Shown here piece by piece: positions 1 through 13,112 of a DNA stretch of 64,000 bases; within the stretch, counting starts at the first letter, position 1, and each line of letters opens with the position of its first letter. The notes beneath the pieces were generated by a model. The model did not search any database, was not told the DNA's origin, and saw only the letters and a list, made by a program, of their open reading frames with translations. This stretch comes from Octopus sinensis (lineage: Eukaryota): assembly GCF_006345805.1 (NCBI RefSeq), contig NC_043002.1:10602001-10666000 (forward strand). Reading direction: 5' to 3'. A program made the position numbers and the translations under genes.

Positions 1-238
1 GAGTAAGGAGTAAAAGAGTAAAAGAGAGTAAAGTCAGTTCTTGAAATACTACTCTTTATCTTAATGGCATTCGTTGGTAAACGATTCCAATTGAAGAACA
101 TTGGATACCATTCGATATGCTATATTGCGTTTTGAATAATTTATGCAACCGGTTCCCTGGTGGCAGATGGATTCCAAAACATAGGCAGATTGTAATTACG
201 TTACAGATGGCTACATATATACTATTTCGTTGAATAAA

Positions 239-473
239 GGCGGCGAGCTGGCAGAAACGTTAGCACGCCGGGCGAAATGCGTAGCCGTATTTCGTCTGCC
301 GATACGTTCTGGGTTCAAATTCCGCCGAGGTCGACTTTGCCTTTCATCCTTCTGGGGTCGATAAAATAAGTACCAGTTACGCACTGGGGTCGATATAATC
401 GACTTAGCCGTTTGTCTGTCCTTGATTGTCCTCTCTATGTTTAGCCCCTTGTGGGTAATAAAGAAACATATAT
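239..473 (+). mobile_element. tRNA-headed SINE, family A, full-length with target-site duplication
   Basis: Box A-like TGGCAGAAACGTTAG and box B-like GGTTCAAATTCC. Body recurs at 37556, 39006, 27090, 56665 and 63211. Flanked by tatttcgttgaa(t/a)aaa at 223-238 and 474-489. Confidence 0.9.
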
Positions 474-565
474 TATTTCGTTGAAAAAAGCAAAGATTTG
501 GACCAGAGTAATAAATTCCATTTTCTAAAGGAATTCAATATTTTTCACTGTCTCTTAGTCGATAA

Positions 566-755
566 TCTGGCAGAATCGTTAGCGTGACGGGTAAAACGCT
601 TATCGGTATTTCGTCAGGCTTTAGGTTCTGCGTTCAAATTTCGCCTTTTGCTTTTCATCATTTTGGGGTCAACAAAATAAATACAAGCTGAGTACCGGTA
701 TCAATATAACCCGCTTTCCCCCAAATTACAGAACTTGTGCTATAATTTGAATCCA
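566..755 (+). mobile_element. Degenerate SINE A copy with the alternative (A') tail
   Basis: ctggcagaatcgttagc...gcgttcaaatttcgcc head and a decayed cttgtgc-type tail like those at 24410-24612 and 39540-39600. Confidence 0.6.
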
Positions 756-931
756 GTATTTGTCAATATCTTAATATGATTACTTGGCTGCTTTTTTTAC
801 TCGAGAATGTAAAATAATAATTCTTCCCATTCTTGAGATTTATACTATACAAAATTTCTACAATATTTCGTTTTTGAATTTGATTTAGAAGATTCTTGAT
901 ATAATGACATATGCTGAAACATGCTGTGTTG

Positions 932-1330
932 TATATCGGGAGGGTCATTATGTGAACTGTAAATACACGCACTGTTTCTATTTTACTTCTTTATTATTCA
1001 TTTGCCAATCGGTTATCTATTTAACCCACTAAGTAATCGATTGCTTGGTTTGGTTAATCGTTCAGTTAATCTGTCAATTAATCAGCTATCTTTCTCAAAG
1101 TCCCTTCGTCACCATTCGCAATTCTATCAATGGCATGCCTTCTCTACTCCCTGTCTGCCCCGACGACGGTAGAACTTCGACAAATATAAACGATCGATTA
1201 ACCGGACGATTAATCAAACGATTGACTAGTTGACTAGCTGAATAGTTAATCAATTGACAAATAACTCATAAAGAAGTGACAAAGAACCAGAGCTTGTATT
1301 CAATAATGGTACAATGACCCTCCCGAGATA
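932..1330. mobile_element. Possible old MITE with short degenerate terminal inverted repeats
   Basis: tatatcgggagggtcatt (932-949) is the near reverse complement of aatgaccctcccgagata (1313-1330), with weaker similarity continuing inward. Confidence 0.3.
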
Positions 1331-1932
1331 AAACCGGAATTTCTGCAAGAAAAGAGGAGTTAAGCTGTAAATGTATATCAGTTAATTCTAGGAATTATAA
1401 TTGAAATAAATAACGATATTTTAACGAACCAAAGAAGTCACCTTCGAATCCTACTATCCACTTGCCTGCACCAGCTGAGTAATCCTACTCAAATCTTACT
1501 TTATTTTGTTTGCAAAAAACACGGGATAATATGATTTTGGTTGCAGTGTGTCAAGGAGATAGATAAGAAAATTAACGCCAGGAAAATCGCTATTTATAGG
1601 TTTCTTTGAGTGGACTGATTTAAAATTAGACAAGAACAACATTTCTAATTGACAAAGCTTCGAAAAAAAAAAAAAAACAGCAATTGCCCTAAGGTCTCAG
1701 CTGGTTCTCTTTCCTTTATACATTTATACATTATTATAGTATACAGAGAAAGAGTACCAGAGACATACACAAACACATACGGACACATATATTACGCACA
1801 CACATATTTTCTATATTCTATAAATTGTCCTACTTTTTATATTTTTCATTAAAATACACACACGCATATGTGTGTAAATACATATGTATGTATGTATGTA
1901 TGTAGTATGTATGTAGTATGTATGTATGTATG

Positions 1933-1998
<66 letters not shown>

Positions 1999-2099
1999 TA
2001 CATGTAAACATTCATGATTTTATATGTATACATGTATCTATACAAGTAAGCATATGTGTGTATAACTATATGTGCTAAAACATATGCATATATGGCAAG

Positions 2100-2300
2100 C
2101 TGGCAAGAAGGCAAGCTGGCAGAATCGTTCACATGTCGGGCAAAATGTTCTGCGGCATTCAGTCCGTCTTTAAGCTCTGAGTTCAAATGTCACAGAGGTT
2201 GGCTTTACCTTCCATCCTTTCGAGATCGATAAAATAATTAATGAGATCGATGTCATCGACTTATCTCCGGACTTACAGATCTTGTGCAAAAAACTGAAAC
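2100..2300 (+). mobile_element. Old SINE A/A' copy
   Basis: gctggcagaatcgtt...ctgagttcaaat...ttccatcctttcgagatcgataaaataa matches the family A body. Confidence 0.5.
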
Positions 2301-2396
2301 TAATGTATACATATATATGTATATGAAATTAATTAAGGGTAGAAATTGATATTAGTCAATTAAAACCAGTGATCTAGCATATTAAAAAGAATCCGA

Positions 2397-2655
2397 AGAT
2401 TAAAATATTTATATATACCAATTAAGGACTGGACACGAAAAGTGGACAGTCAACATGCTAGATATAGACGTCAAATCGACATTCTCCACAAAGAGTATGT
2501 TCTCAAATAAAACTCAGCACAAAACAGTTTTGTGCTGAGTTTTATTTGAGAACATACTCTTTGTGGAGAATGGCGATTTGACGTCTATATCTAGCATGTT
2601 GACTGTCCACTTTTCGTGTCCAGTCCTTAATTGGTATATATAAATATTTTAATCT
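2397..2655. repeat. Near-perfect 259-bp palindrome (129-bp arms, 1-nt spacer at 2526)
   Basis: The arms are reverse complements with one mismatch seen (aaatcgacattc vs aaatcgccattc). Confidence 0.97.
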
Positions 2656-3343
2656 GGTAAATATTGATTTTTGGGTTGTGTTTTGGCACTTCGTCTCTAT
2701 CAATCCACCGTGCAGAACGCTTCATATTGTTGAAAAGAATCCATTTTTCATCACACGTAAAGTAATGGAAAAATGGTTCTCTTTTATGCCGTGACAGCAA
2801 AGAAACGTAAGTTTCAAGACGACGTGTCATTTGATGCTCGTTCATTCGTTTGGTACTCATTTGTCCAGCTTCTGTACCTTGCCGATTTGTTTCAGATGGT
2901 TCAATATAGTTGACATCGAAACATCAAACCTTGCTGCTATCTCACGCGTAGTTTGAGATCCCACAACAGTTTCCAGCTCATCTTTATCCACCTTGGTCTC
3001 AGGTCTACCATGGGGTTGATGTTTCAAGAGTAAAGTCACCAGACCGGAAGTTCTCAAACCATCAACCTACAGTGCGTTCATTCGCTACATCTTTGCTAAA
3101 CACAACAATGATGTTTCGAACTGTCTGGGATGCACAGGTTCCACAACGGAACTCACACTCATAAACTACACGATTTCAATCTATCCATGGGTTCACAAAA
3201 ATCGATTTACAAGAAGAAACTCCCAATATAATGAGACACAATGAATTGCATTTCGAAAAGTGATAATGTAACTCTTCAACGTTGTAAAACAAAGAATTGT
3301 CAGGATAAGACTGTGCATATGAAAATCGAGCATTTCGACCTGA
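2656..3343 (-). mobile_element. Mariner transposon 5' remnant (decayed transposase, truncated by the palindrome)
   Basis: The minus strand gives ERTVG*WFENFRSGDFTLE, GRPETKVDKDEL, KWVP and FTCDEKWILFNN (mariner HTH, WVPHEL-like motif, first catalytic D). The end reads TA|TCAGGTCG, like a mariner TIR start. Confidence 0.85.
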
Positions 3344-3398
3344 TACATACATATTGCCATATTTATATATATATTTTACATGACTATCTATCTATCTA

Positions 3399-3476
<78 letters not shown>

Positions 3477-3544
3477 CTAAATATCTCTCTCTCTATATAT
3501 TATATATACATATACATATATATATATAATATAATATAATATAT

Positions 3545-3645
<101 letters not shown>

Positions 3646-3794
3646 GTATGTTTGTGTGGTGTATGTATAAATTAAATATAAGGAAAAAGATCTTTATAAG
3701 AATTTATCAAGTAGCGTGAAAAACTAGTTACGGGAAAACTTTACACAAAATATATAATTAATTTATTCCCTTTTAAATACATTTATTATATTAA

Positions 3795-4053
3795 GTGTCC
3801 TACTGCACATAAATGCGTCGCGCTTTAAGGGACTCTTAAAGTCAAAATTGTCGACTGTGAGGGACTGCAACATGCCTGCACTGACGATTAGAAAGTGGAT
3901 TATGTACACTAACTATGAAATCATATGATATGCGGCTTGTAGAGACGACTTCCAAGTTGCATTCCCTCACTGTCAGTACACTGTATATTTATTAAGGTAG
4001 ATTTGACTTTAGGAGTCCCTTATAGCGTAAGGCATTTACGTGTAGTAATGTCC
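3795..4053. mobile_element. MITE with ~60-bp imperfect TIRs flanked by TTAA
   Basis: TTAA at 3791-3794 and 4054-4057. Arms share tactrcacrtaaatgc...gctwtaagggactcytaaagtcaaa. A second internal inverted pair lies at ~3856-3872 / 3956-3972. TTAA plus an RR..YY end would fit Kolobok (inference). Confidence 0.75.
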
Positions 4054-4084
<31 letters not shown>

Positions 4085-4210
4085 GCTCATCAAAAAGATA
4101 AGTCATGCTCATACTTTTCTTTAATATTGTTAAATCTTATCAATTATTTATAAAGTATAGTGTAATTATAACGTCTTCATCCACGTTGTAAATTTATCTT
4201 ATAATTTTGA

Positions 4211-4315
4211 GACCTGAAGAGTGGCTATGTATCGTTGGATCAAAGAACTACTAATTTTTGATCCCCGATTTTGATATTGTAGATTCGTATACATAGTCAC
4301 AAAACGCGCGTTGTC
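4211..4315 (+). ncRNA. Type I hammerhead ribozyme-like motif, G12A variant
   Basis: gac-CTGAAGA-gtggctatgtat...atacatagtcac-AAAAC-gcgc-GTT-gtc. Stem II is 12 bp with an inner ggatcaaa/tttgatcc hairpin. Stem III octamer ACGCGCGT is palindromic. Confidence 0.6.
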
Positions 4316-4695
4316 GTTTTTTAATGTGTATTTTTCATGTATATTATGTAGTATATAAATTTTTTAGCACGATATTAATAATAAAGTCGTTTTAATGTGT
4401 AGAAATTTTTAGTACAACGTTAATAATAATATATTTAAATTTATGTAATATCTTTCAGTATTACTTGAATTACTTTATGGAGGTTTTATTTCTTAATTAT
4501 ATATACATATTATATATATATATATACATAACTTTAGATTCAGATGAATATAGTACTTAAGTTGAGGCACCACAATTTAGTATGGTACTATTCATACAAT
4601 TTAAAATAAAATAAGGTGATTATAATCAAAATAAGCAACAAGGATACCCAGGTAAGGCAGTACGATCGTTTCATGCGACTCCATTTATATATATA

Positions 4696-4747
<52 letters not shown>

Positions 4748-4756
4748 ATATGTATA

Positions 4757-5176
4757 TACTCTTTTACTCTTTTACTCTTTTATTGTTTCAGTCATTTGAC
4801 TGCGGCCATGCTGGAGCACCGCCTTTAGTCGAGCAAATCGACCCCGGGACTTATTCTTTGTAAGCCTAGTACTTATTCTATCGGTCTCTTTTGCCGAACA
4901 TCTAAATTACGGGGACGTAAACACACCAGCATCGGTTGTCAAGCAATGCTAGGGGGAGAAACACAGACACACAAACACACACACACACACATATATATAT
5001 ATACATACATATATACGACAGGCTTCTTTCAGTTTCCGCCTACCAAATCCACTCACAAGGCTTTGGTTGGCCCAAGGCTATAGTAGAAGACACTTGCCCA
5101 AGATGCTACGCAGTGGGACTGAACCCGGAACCATGTGGTTGGTAAGCAAGCTACTTACCACACAGCCACTCCTGCG

Positions 5177-5180
<4 letters not shown>
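4757..5180 (-). mobile_element. SINE family B, full-length (tRNA-like head, central TA/TG microsatellite, CR1-type tail, AAAAGAGT repeats)
   Basis: Same sequence recurs at 13826-14228, 32218-32620, 8153-8450 and in split copies. Confidence 0.92.
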
Positions 5181-5221
<41 letters not shown>

Positions 5222-6542
5222 GCATGTATGTATGTATGTATGTATGTATGTATAGTGGGCGTCGTAAGTGTTTGTAAACTTTCGAGAGAACGTTTATCAG
5301 TTCACTTTTGGAATTGGTTTATGAAATATATGCAGCGCTATACATGATAGCATCTAAATATTGGTTCGAAAAGCCTTTAGGTAGAAAATGTCGAAGGCTG
5401 ACGTAGGTGTCGAAACCACATAAGTCAGTGAGTATGTGTGTGTAGGTGTGTCCGTGTGGAGAATGTTTTGTCCGTGGACGTAGATCGTGACGCGTAGGAA
5501 AACCAATGGAAGAAGAGAAAACTTCTCATTCCTGAATTTCTCTTAATTGGAAAGCCCTAAAACAAAGGTTCCCTCGTGTAACAAGTGGTGTTGAAATAGT
5601 TTGTGGTTTTCTTACTGTTGCATGTCACGGGATATTTACAGGCTTATGCGAACATCATATACAATAATGTACACTTGTCTCTCAGGAAACATCTGTTATC
5701 TGTCCAGAGGAAGCCATTATATCATACATATATATGTGTGTATATGTGGTCATATTTGTGTGCATATTATATATATACATACATATATAATATATATATT
5801 GTATGTATTTATACATTTATTATATATACATATACACACATACAAATATATATATATATATATATATATATGCAGTACACACTAACACACATACTTATAT
5901 TCACACAAACACATAGCAGGAAAGGTAGGCTTACACGTTTTTCCTTTACTTTCAGTTATTAGATTTTCTCTCACAAGGAGGAAGATGCATGCATGTGCGT
6001 GTGTGTGTATCTGTGTGTGTGTTCATGTGTGTGTGGGGGATTCTATTAATATATTAGGTTGCAACATTGAAATTTAGGATTCAAACGCACGTGCGAAACG
6101 AGAAATCTGCACAAAAATTCTTATTCAAAAAGTCTAAAAATTTAATTTTTTGCATTATTTTGTTGCAGCTGATATGATAACCTGACAGCATCATATCAAA
6201 AATTCCTGTCAATAAAATCTGTGAAATTGAATAAAGATGAGCGTTTTAAATACACCACTATCGCTGCTGGTGTTATATTCTATCAAAATATTATGGCTGC
6301 AACTCACAATAATGCTGACGAGATCAATAAGAAGATAATAAAAGCATTCCAATGCCATTCGTTGATTGTGTAGTTGGAAGATGTTTGACGATGTTTCATA
6401 GCGTTTTTGTCGTAGTATCACAATATTCTTTTCATTATAGTGCTAAAAGTACCAACTTACGCCATCAGTTTTCTTCAGTATTTGTATAGTATTTTCTAAA
6501 CGATACTGATGTCCGAAAAGTATTCCTGTTTCTAAAAAATTA

Positions 6543-6899
6543 ACTGATGATGAAGAACAGTTAGCGATCTAAGCAATATTTCTTTATGAGTAATCCGAAG
6601 TATTTATCTAAGAGATAGCGACAGATCCTGATTCATATATAGGCCAATATGCACCATGGCCTAGCGATCTGTTTAACTATTGCTTGGAGTTAAAAATCGG
6701 AAATTAGAATTGCAGCAATCAAATAGATTATTTGAAATTTTATACTTGTTAAAATATTTCTCATCTAACAGAAATTTTAATAATTATCGAGCGCCTTTTG
6801 ATTTATTGGAACCTTTTAGCGCTAAAATTCCTGAAATTTGAGTTCCTCTCAATCTGAAGAGGCCTTTTAACTTTTGGTGCTTCTTCAAGCTGTTAAGTG
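6543..6899 (+). repeat. Unclassified ~355-bp dispersed repeat, copy 1 (copy 2 at 14453-14809)
   Basis: Direct repeat from actgatgatgaag to gctgttaagtg, roughly 90% similar by eye. Confidence 0.9.
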
Positions 6900-7169
6900 G
6901 CCCTTAATTTAATGAGTCGTTCTTAATTATCCTATAATGGTTTGCATTTGTCCTTAACAAGTCTCTTTTACAAATTACTTTGAGAATGTTTTCTTGTGAT
7001 ATAAGTTGAAGGCAGTCAAGAGCAATCCATTATAAAAATTAACAAAGCAAATGCTTGTTTGAAACTATCAAAGTGCTGGCGGTCTTTAAATTTATGGAAA
7101 CTTTAAAACAATTTCAGGAAAATACAAAATTGGTATCAACACACACACTTACATATATATATATATATA

Positions 7170-7504
7170 TCAGTAAAGCTGGACTCAAGAGTCATCTTCG
7201 TAGTCATAGAGCGAGACGGATGAGTGACAACCTGGCCACTGGTGGTGGTGTAACACACCATACTAATCATATCTGTCGGGCGTGTGGAAGAGAGTGTAAT
7301 TCGGCAGGAGGACTTAAACGACATGCAAAGGTACATGAAGCACAGTTACAACTACAGCCGGCTATTACCGGTAAAGGTTTTAGTTGCTAATTCTGTACAA
7401 GACATTGTAGATCTTTAGCTGGGCTAAAAAGTCACATTCGATTACAGCACCAGTAACAGTTCAGCTTCGTGCAATGGCCATACTCGATAACGAGGGGGCA
7501 GCCA

Positions 7505-7505
<1 letters not shown>
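7170..7505 (+). mobile_element. 3' end of an RTE-like LINE with three C2H2-type zinc-finger motifs
   Basis: SKAGLKSHLRSH, CRACGRECNSAGGLKRHAKVH and C*FCTRHCRSLAGLKSHIRLQH, followed by a short hairpin tail (ctcg-ataa-cgag...gcagcca) running into (AAT)n. The 5' end sits in (TA)n. Confidence 0.6.
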
Positions 7506-7589
<84 letters not shown>

Positions 7590-8152
7590 TAATAATAATA
7601 ATATATATATATATATGTACTGCATTTCCATTATATACAATGTTGTATTTGTTTAACTATGCACATTCCTCTTGTTCATATATAAACAGTTCAGGATTAC
7701 ATATGCAAAGTCGTAAAGGTCTCAAAATCTATAGGCGCAGAGACTCCACTAGTTCTGAATATGGCCCTAGATATCGATCAAAACCTATTTCAGCAAAGCA
7801 TAACTAATATTCAGCTTCATTTGTCTGAAATGCATTGAAAACTATGGTCTTCAATTCTCTGATTGCACTGGAGTATATAAAATGCGGTGTTCAGACAAGA
7901 ACATGCACACGTAGGACAAAATGCTAAGCGACACTTCATTCGGAGTTCAAATCCCACCAATATCAACTCTGCCTATTATCTATTCGGGGGTGATAAGGAC
8001 TAGTCAATCACCGTGGTGAATATGATCAACATAAACTGCACTTCAAAAAATCCTTACCTTGACCCAGGATTCTTTTCAGCAAGTGTTTTGAGGTTTCGGA
8101 TATTCAGACCTCATGGAAACAGAATATCCAGGCTCGAGGACAAAATAGTAGT

Positions 8153-8450
8153 AGGCATGGGTGTATGGTAAGTAGCTTGCTTATCAACCACATGGTACCG
8201 GTTCAGTCCCACTGCGTGACACTTTGGGCAAGTGTCTTCTACTATAGCCTCGAGCCAACCAAAGCCCTGTGAATGGATTCGGCAGAAGGAAACTGAAAGA
8301 AGCCTGTCGTATATATATATATATATATATATGTTTTTATGTATGTATGTGTATGTGTGTGTGTCTGTGTTTGTCCCCACCATCATCATCGCTTGACAAC
8401 CGATGTTGATGTGTTTATGTCCCCGTAACCTAGCGGATTGGCAGCAAGGC
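8153..8450 (+). mobile_element. SINE B, 3'-truncated
   Basis: Head and central microsatellite match family B. Similarity stops after gtccccgtaacctagcgg. Confidence 0.85.
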
Positions 8451-8691
8451 TGATATATGTGGTGTGTATATTTATATTTATAACTTAACCTGACGAAGCC
8501 TAGAGAAACACCCAAATACATCACTTTCATCTACTAATTACTTCGATCTACATGTATGTATATTCTTGTAATTGTTTTTTTTGTTAAATAAATAAATAAA
8601 TTAATTAACATAATGTCCAAATGTTGATGAATCACCTATTGATCCACTCCATTTTCTTATTTCTCTCTGTCTCTCTGTCTCTCTCTGTCTC

Positions 8692-8743
<52 letters not shown>

Positions 8744-8789
8744 ATATATTATATATATATATATATGCATATGTATATACATATATGTT

Positions 8790-9010
8790 TGTGTGCATGC
8801 GACTGTGCTTGTGCTTGCCCATCCAGCAATGATTGACAAGTGGTGTTGGTTTGCATCAGTACCACATATTAGCCGTTCGGCAAAAGAGACCGATATAATA
8901 AGCCCCTGGCTTAATGAGAATATAAGTAGAGGTTCAGTGCGTTCCACTAAAACGGCCCATCATGGTGGTGTCCCAGCAAGGCTTCAGTCCAATGACCGAA
9001 TCGAAAGCAT
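8790..9010 (+). mobile_element. Old SINE B-like 3' half
   Basis: gttcggcaaaagagaccgatataataag...ggtggtgtcccagcaaggcttcagtccaatgaccgaa. Confidence 0.55.
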
Positions 9011-9498
9011 GATAAGAGATAAAAGACTTCAGATATAATAATATTTATATCTACAAGACGGGAACGAAATTTTCTGTAAGATCTCAATCAGCAGAGATCT
9101 TAATTGTGCCACAAATCCCTAACCACTCTTAGAAGAATCCATATTGCTTGAAGAAATATTCCGAGTTGAAGTTTTATAAAGATATAATTAGAATATATTC
9201 CTATAATATGTACGGTTAGAGGGGAGGAAGCATCTTTCCATATCTTATCATTTTAGAGAGATCATACGAAAATTTATTTTTATATTTCTATTTATATTTA
9301 AATGTGGCTTTTGTAGTTATATATTTTCTCATTTGCTTTTCTGTTTTTATTCGTTTTGTATCGCTTACAACTAAATAAATGGTATTGATTTTTACTGGCT
9401 GTCCTTCAAGCAGGGAGTGTCAATTTAGTACAAGATGAAATATATCAAAATACAAGCAAGCATACATGTATATGTATATTTATATATGTATATATCTA

Positions 9499-9589
<91 letters not shown>

Positions 9590-9619
9590 GTATCTATCTA
9601 TCTATCTATCTATCTATAT

Positions 9620-9696
<77 letters not shown>

Positions 9697-9801
9697 ATAT
9701 ATATATATATGTATATATATGTATGTATATATATAAGTAAATAAATAATATATATACATGTGTGTCTTTAAACATATGTCACACTCTTGTAAACGTGTAA
9801 T

Positions 9802-9837
<36 letters not shown>

Positions 9838-10056
9838 GCGTAAATTCATTTATAAATAATATAATATATATGTATATATATATAATACAATATATGTAAA
9901 CAGATATATTATATAATATATATATATACACATATACATATATACATGTATATATATATATACATATGTATATATATATATATATATACATATATATAGA
10001 TATGTGTATATATTTTACATGAGTAATATATATAATATATGCATATATATATATAC

Positions 10057-10124
<68 letters not shown>

Positions 10125-10544
10125 TATATATATATATATATATATATACGCGTAAGAGAGGGGGCGAAAGAGAGATGGAATCGCACTGCATCCTTACTTG
10201 TGAATGTGCCTGTATGTAAGTATTGATTTAGTTTTTTTTTCTAGGAAAATTTTCCTTATCGATAATAACCACATAGACTATTAATTTCTAAACTTCACTC
10301 CCAATTATTTGTTGAGAAATCTGTAACAAGTCATTCATTCATTTTCCTTCCTTTCATTTCACATACCCAGATATACGTTTCGTGCTGTACTTACTCGTTA
10401 CTTCCAGAAATCAGTAAAAAAAAAAAAAAATTAAAAGCTTTAAAAAAAATCATATTGAAAAAAAAATATATTTCACTTGAGTCTGCTGCAAGTTTTAATC
10501 AAAATTGGTTATTAAGTCTGACCTGCATACGGAAGAAACTAAAA

Positions 10545-10561
10545 TAATAAAAATAATAATA

Positions 10562-10602
<41 letters not shown>

Positions 10603-10681
10603 TAATGGTAATAATAATAATAATAATAGTAATAATATAAAAATAACAATAGTACTAATAATAATAATAAAAATAATAATA

Positions 10682-10727
<46 letters not shown>

Positions 10728-10817
10728 AACAAGAAAATGATAATAACAAGAAGAAAAACCAAAAGAAGGAAACAATAATAATGATGATGATGATGATGAT
10801 GATGATGATAATAATAA

Positions 10818-10883
<66 letters not shown>

Positions 10884-10920
10884 TAATAATAATGATAATA
10901 AAAATAATAATAATAATCAA
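10545..10920. repeat. (AAT)n/(GAT)n microsatellite
   Basis: Direct reading. Confidence 0.95.
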
Positions 10921-11253
10921 CGAAATCCTCCTAATACGAGCTGTGGATTAGTCGATATTCTTAAAACATTCTACTTTATTATAAAAGATTGAAAAATATC
11001 CATTACTGTTTGACAAAAAGATAATGGTTGACTTAGTTTTAAAAAACTTTTCAGCTCTTTCGAACTTTCTATTGAATATCAGAGCAGATGGATTCATACA
11101 GACTTGAAATTTATGCATATGTATACGCATAAACATGCATTTATTTATGTAATATATATATAGTCACCCAAACAAATACGCTCGTGTACACATCTGTGTA
11201 TCTGTCTGCTAACATATGCGTGTGTCAGTGTATCTGTATGTATGCCTATGTGT

Positions 11254-11309
<56 letters not shown>

Positions 11310-11409
11310 CTGTGTATAATATATGCATATATGCGTATATATTACATGCACATACACACATACACAAATAAGCTTACCTTTGCTTATATATATAATGTAT
11401 ATATATATT

Positions 11410-11465
<56 letters not shown>

Positions 11466-11522
11466 GTAGTTTATCTGAGTTTATATATATATATACAAAT
11501 GTATGTTCTATCTATTAATATA

Positions 11523-11574
<52 letters not shown>

Positions 11575-13002
11575 CACATGATTCTCCATTTACTTATCTG
11601 TGTTATATGTTTACGTGTGTTTGTTTAGATGCAAGTTTTTTCCGCAAATATCTAACGTAAGCATTATATTAGTATATAATTATATATACATACATATATT
11701 CATACGTACATAATATGTATGTATACCTGTGTGTCTGTGCTTCCGCATATATTTGCGCGGAGATGCGCGTATGTTTATGCGAGTGGGCGCTCTTATGGGT
11801 GTTTAGATGCGAAAGAACATTATGTGCATTTGTACTTTTTATGTACGCATGAATTTCAGTATAAGCCTAGGTTGTGTAAAATCTCATTTGTTTTTTTAGC
11901 TCATACGCGAGAAGAGGAAAGTATTAAACATTACTTTGTCTTCCTGTATGAAATAGTTATATTTTCTGCTTGTTTGTTTTGATTGAACACAATCCATCAA
12001 CGGATGATTATCAATATCGATTTTAGGTAAAGTGGATACGAAGTTTACAATATTGATGTGAATACAAGTGAAGTGAAATGGGTCTCTGTCTGAAATGAGA
12101 CGCCTGTCATATATTTCATGTCACCGGAAAAATGGGAGCTGTACTATAAACATATGATGATGATGATGATGATGATGAGATGATGATGATGATGATCATC
12201 ATCATCATCATCATCATCACATCATATCATCCCCAACCCTAAGAATTTTAGTTTCCATGGAGTATAATTGATCGTGATAACAGTATTTCTCGCAAGCAGG
12301 ACCCTAGTCCGTCGCAAGTCTGCTCATTCGAAGCTTATGTGAATGGAACGATATGAAATTAAGTGTCTTGCTTATGGATAGAGTGCAGAAATTGAACGTA
12401 TCATCTTATGATTGGAACCGCAAGAATCTGACGATTCAATCGTCTCTCGGCGGCTTGAGAGTTATACACGCAGCCACGCCATTACAGCCACTGGAAAATA
12501 CACATAGGTTATACATTGGTATATGCATTTGATAATATTTATTATAGTACAACTGCTTTGACTTCACATGTAAATTTTCTCTCAGCTATGCAATTTCCTG
12601 GGTATAGGAGCTCATGAGTTTATAAGCCATGAGCATATAAGTCGTTGGACTGGCTAGATGACTTGCTTTTAATCTAAGTGAATGTGTGGTGTTGACAGGC
12701 CATCCATGACCATCACTCCCAAATGGGATTGAAGGTGAGTTATTCTACGTGTCCATGACTCTAAGTTGCCTTTTAACACCGGTGACTTGAGAGTTATATA
12801 CTCCACCACTTCATTGCAACCACCGCTAAATAGACAGAGCATATGCATCAGTATATGTATTTAATGATAATGTGAGTGTCTGTGTGTGTGCTTGTGTAAA
12901 TGTGTGTTTTATGAAACGATGATATCCTTCCTTTACAGTCCCTTAAAATACGTGGTTCAGATATAATCGGGCGTGATCAATATGGCTTTAGACAGGAAAG
13001 TG

Positions 13003-13096
<94 letters not shown>

Positions 13097-13112
13097 AATA
13101 CATATATATATA

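Noticed and set aside
6050-6420. Mariner 5' end (TA|TTAGGTTG start)
   Set aside because: No convincing transposase motif or partner TIR found.
7055-7390. Host C2H2 zinc-finger gene
   Set aside because: No TGEKP linkers, an in-frame stop in finger 3, and a retroposon-like tail with (AAT)n immediately after.
8488-8512. Hammerhead relic ctgacga-agcc-taga-gaaac
   Set aside because: The 3' side of stem II and the cleavage triplet are missing.
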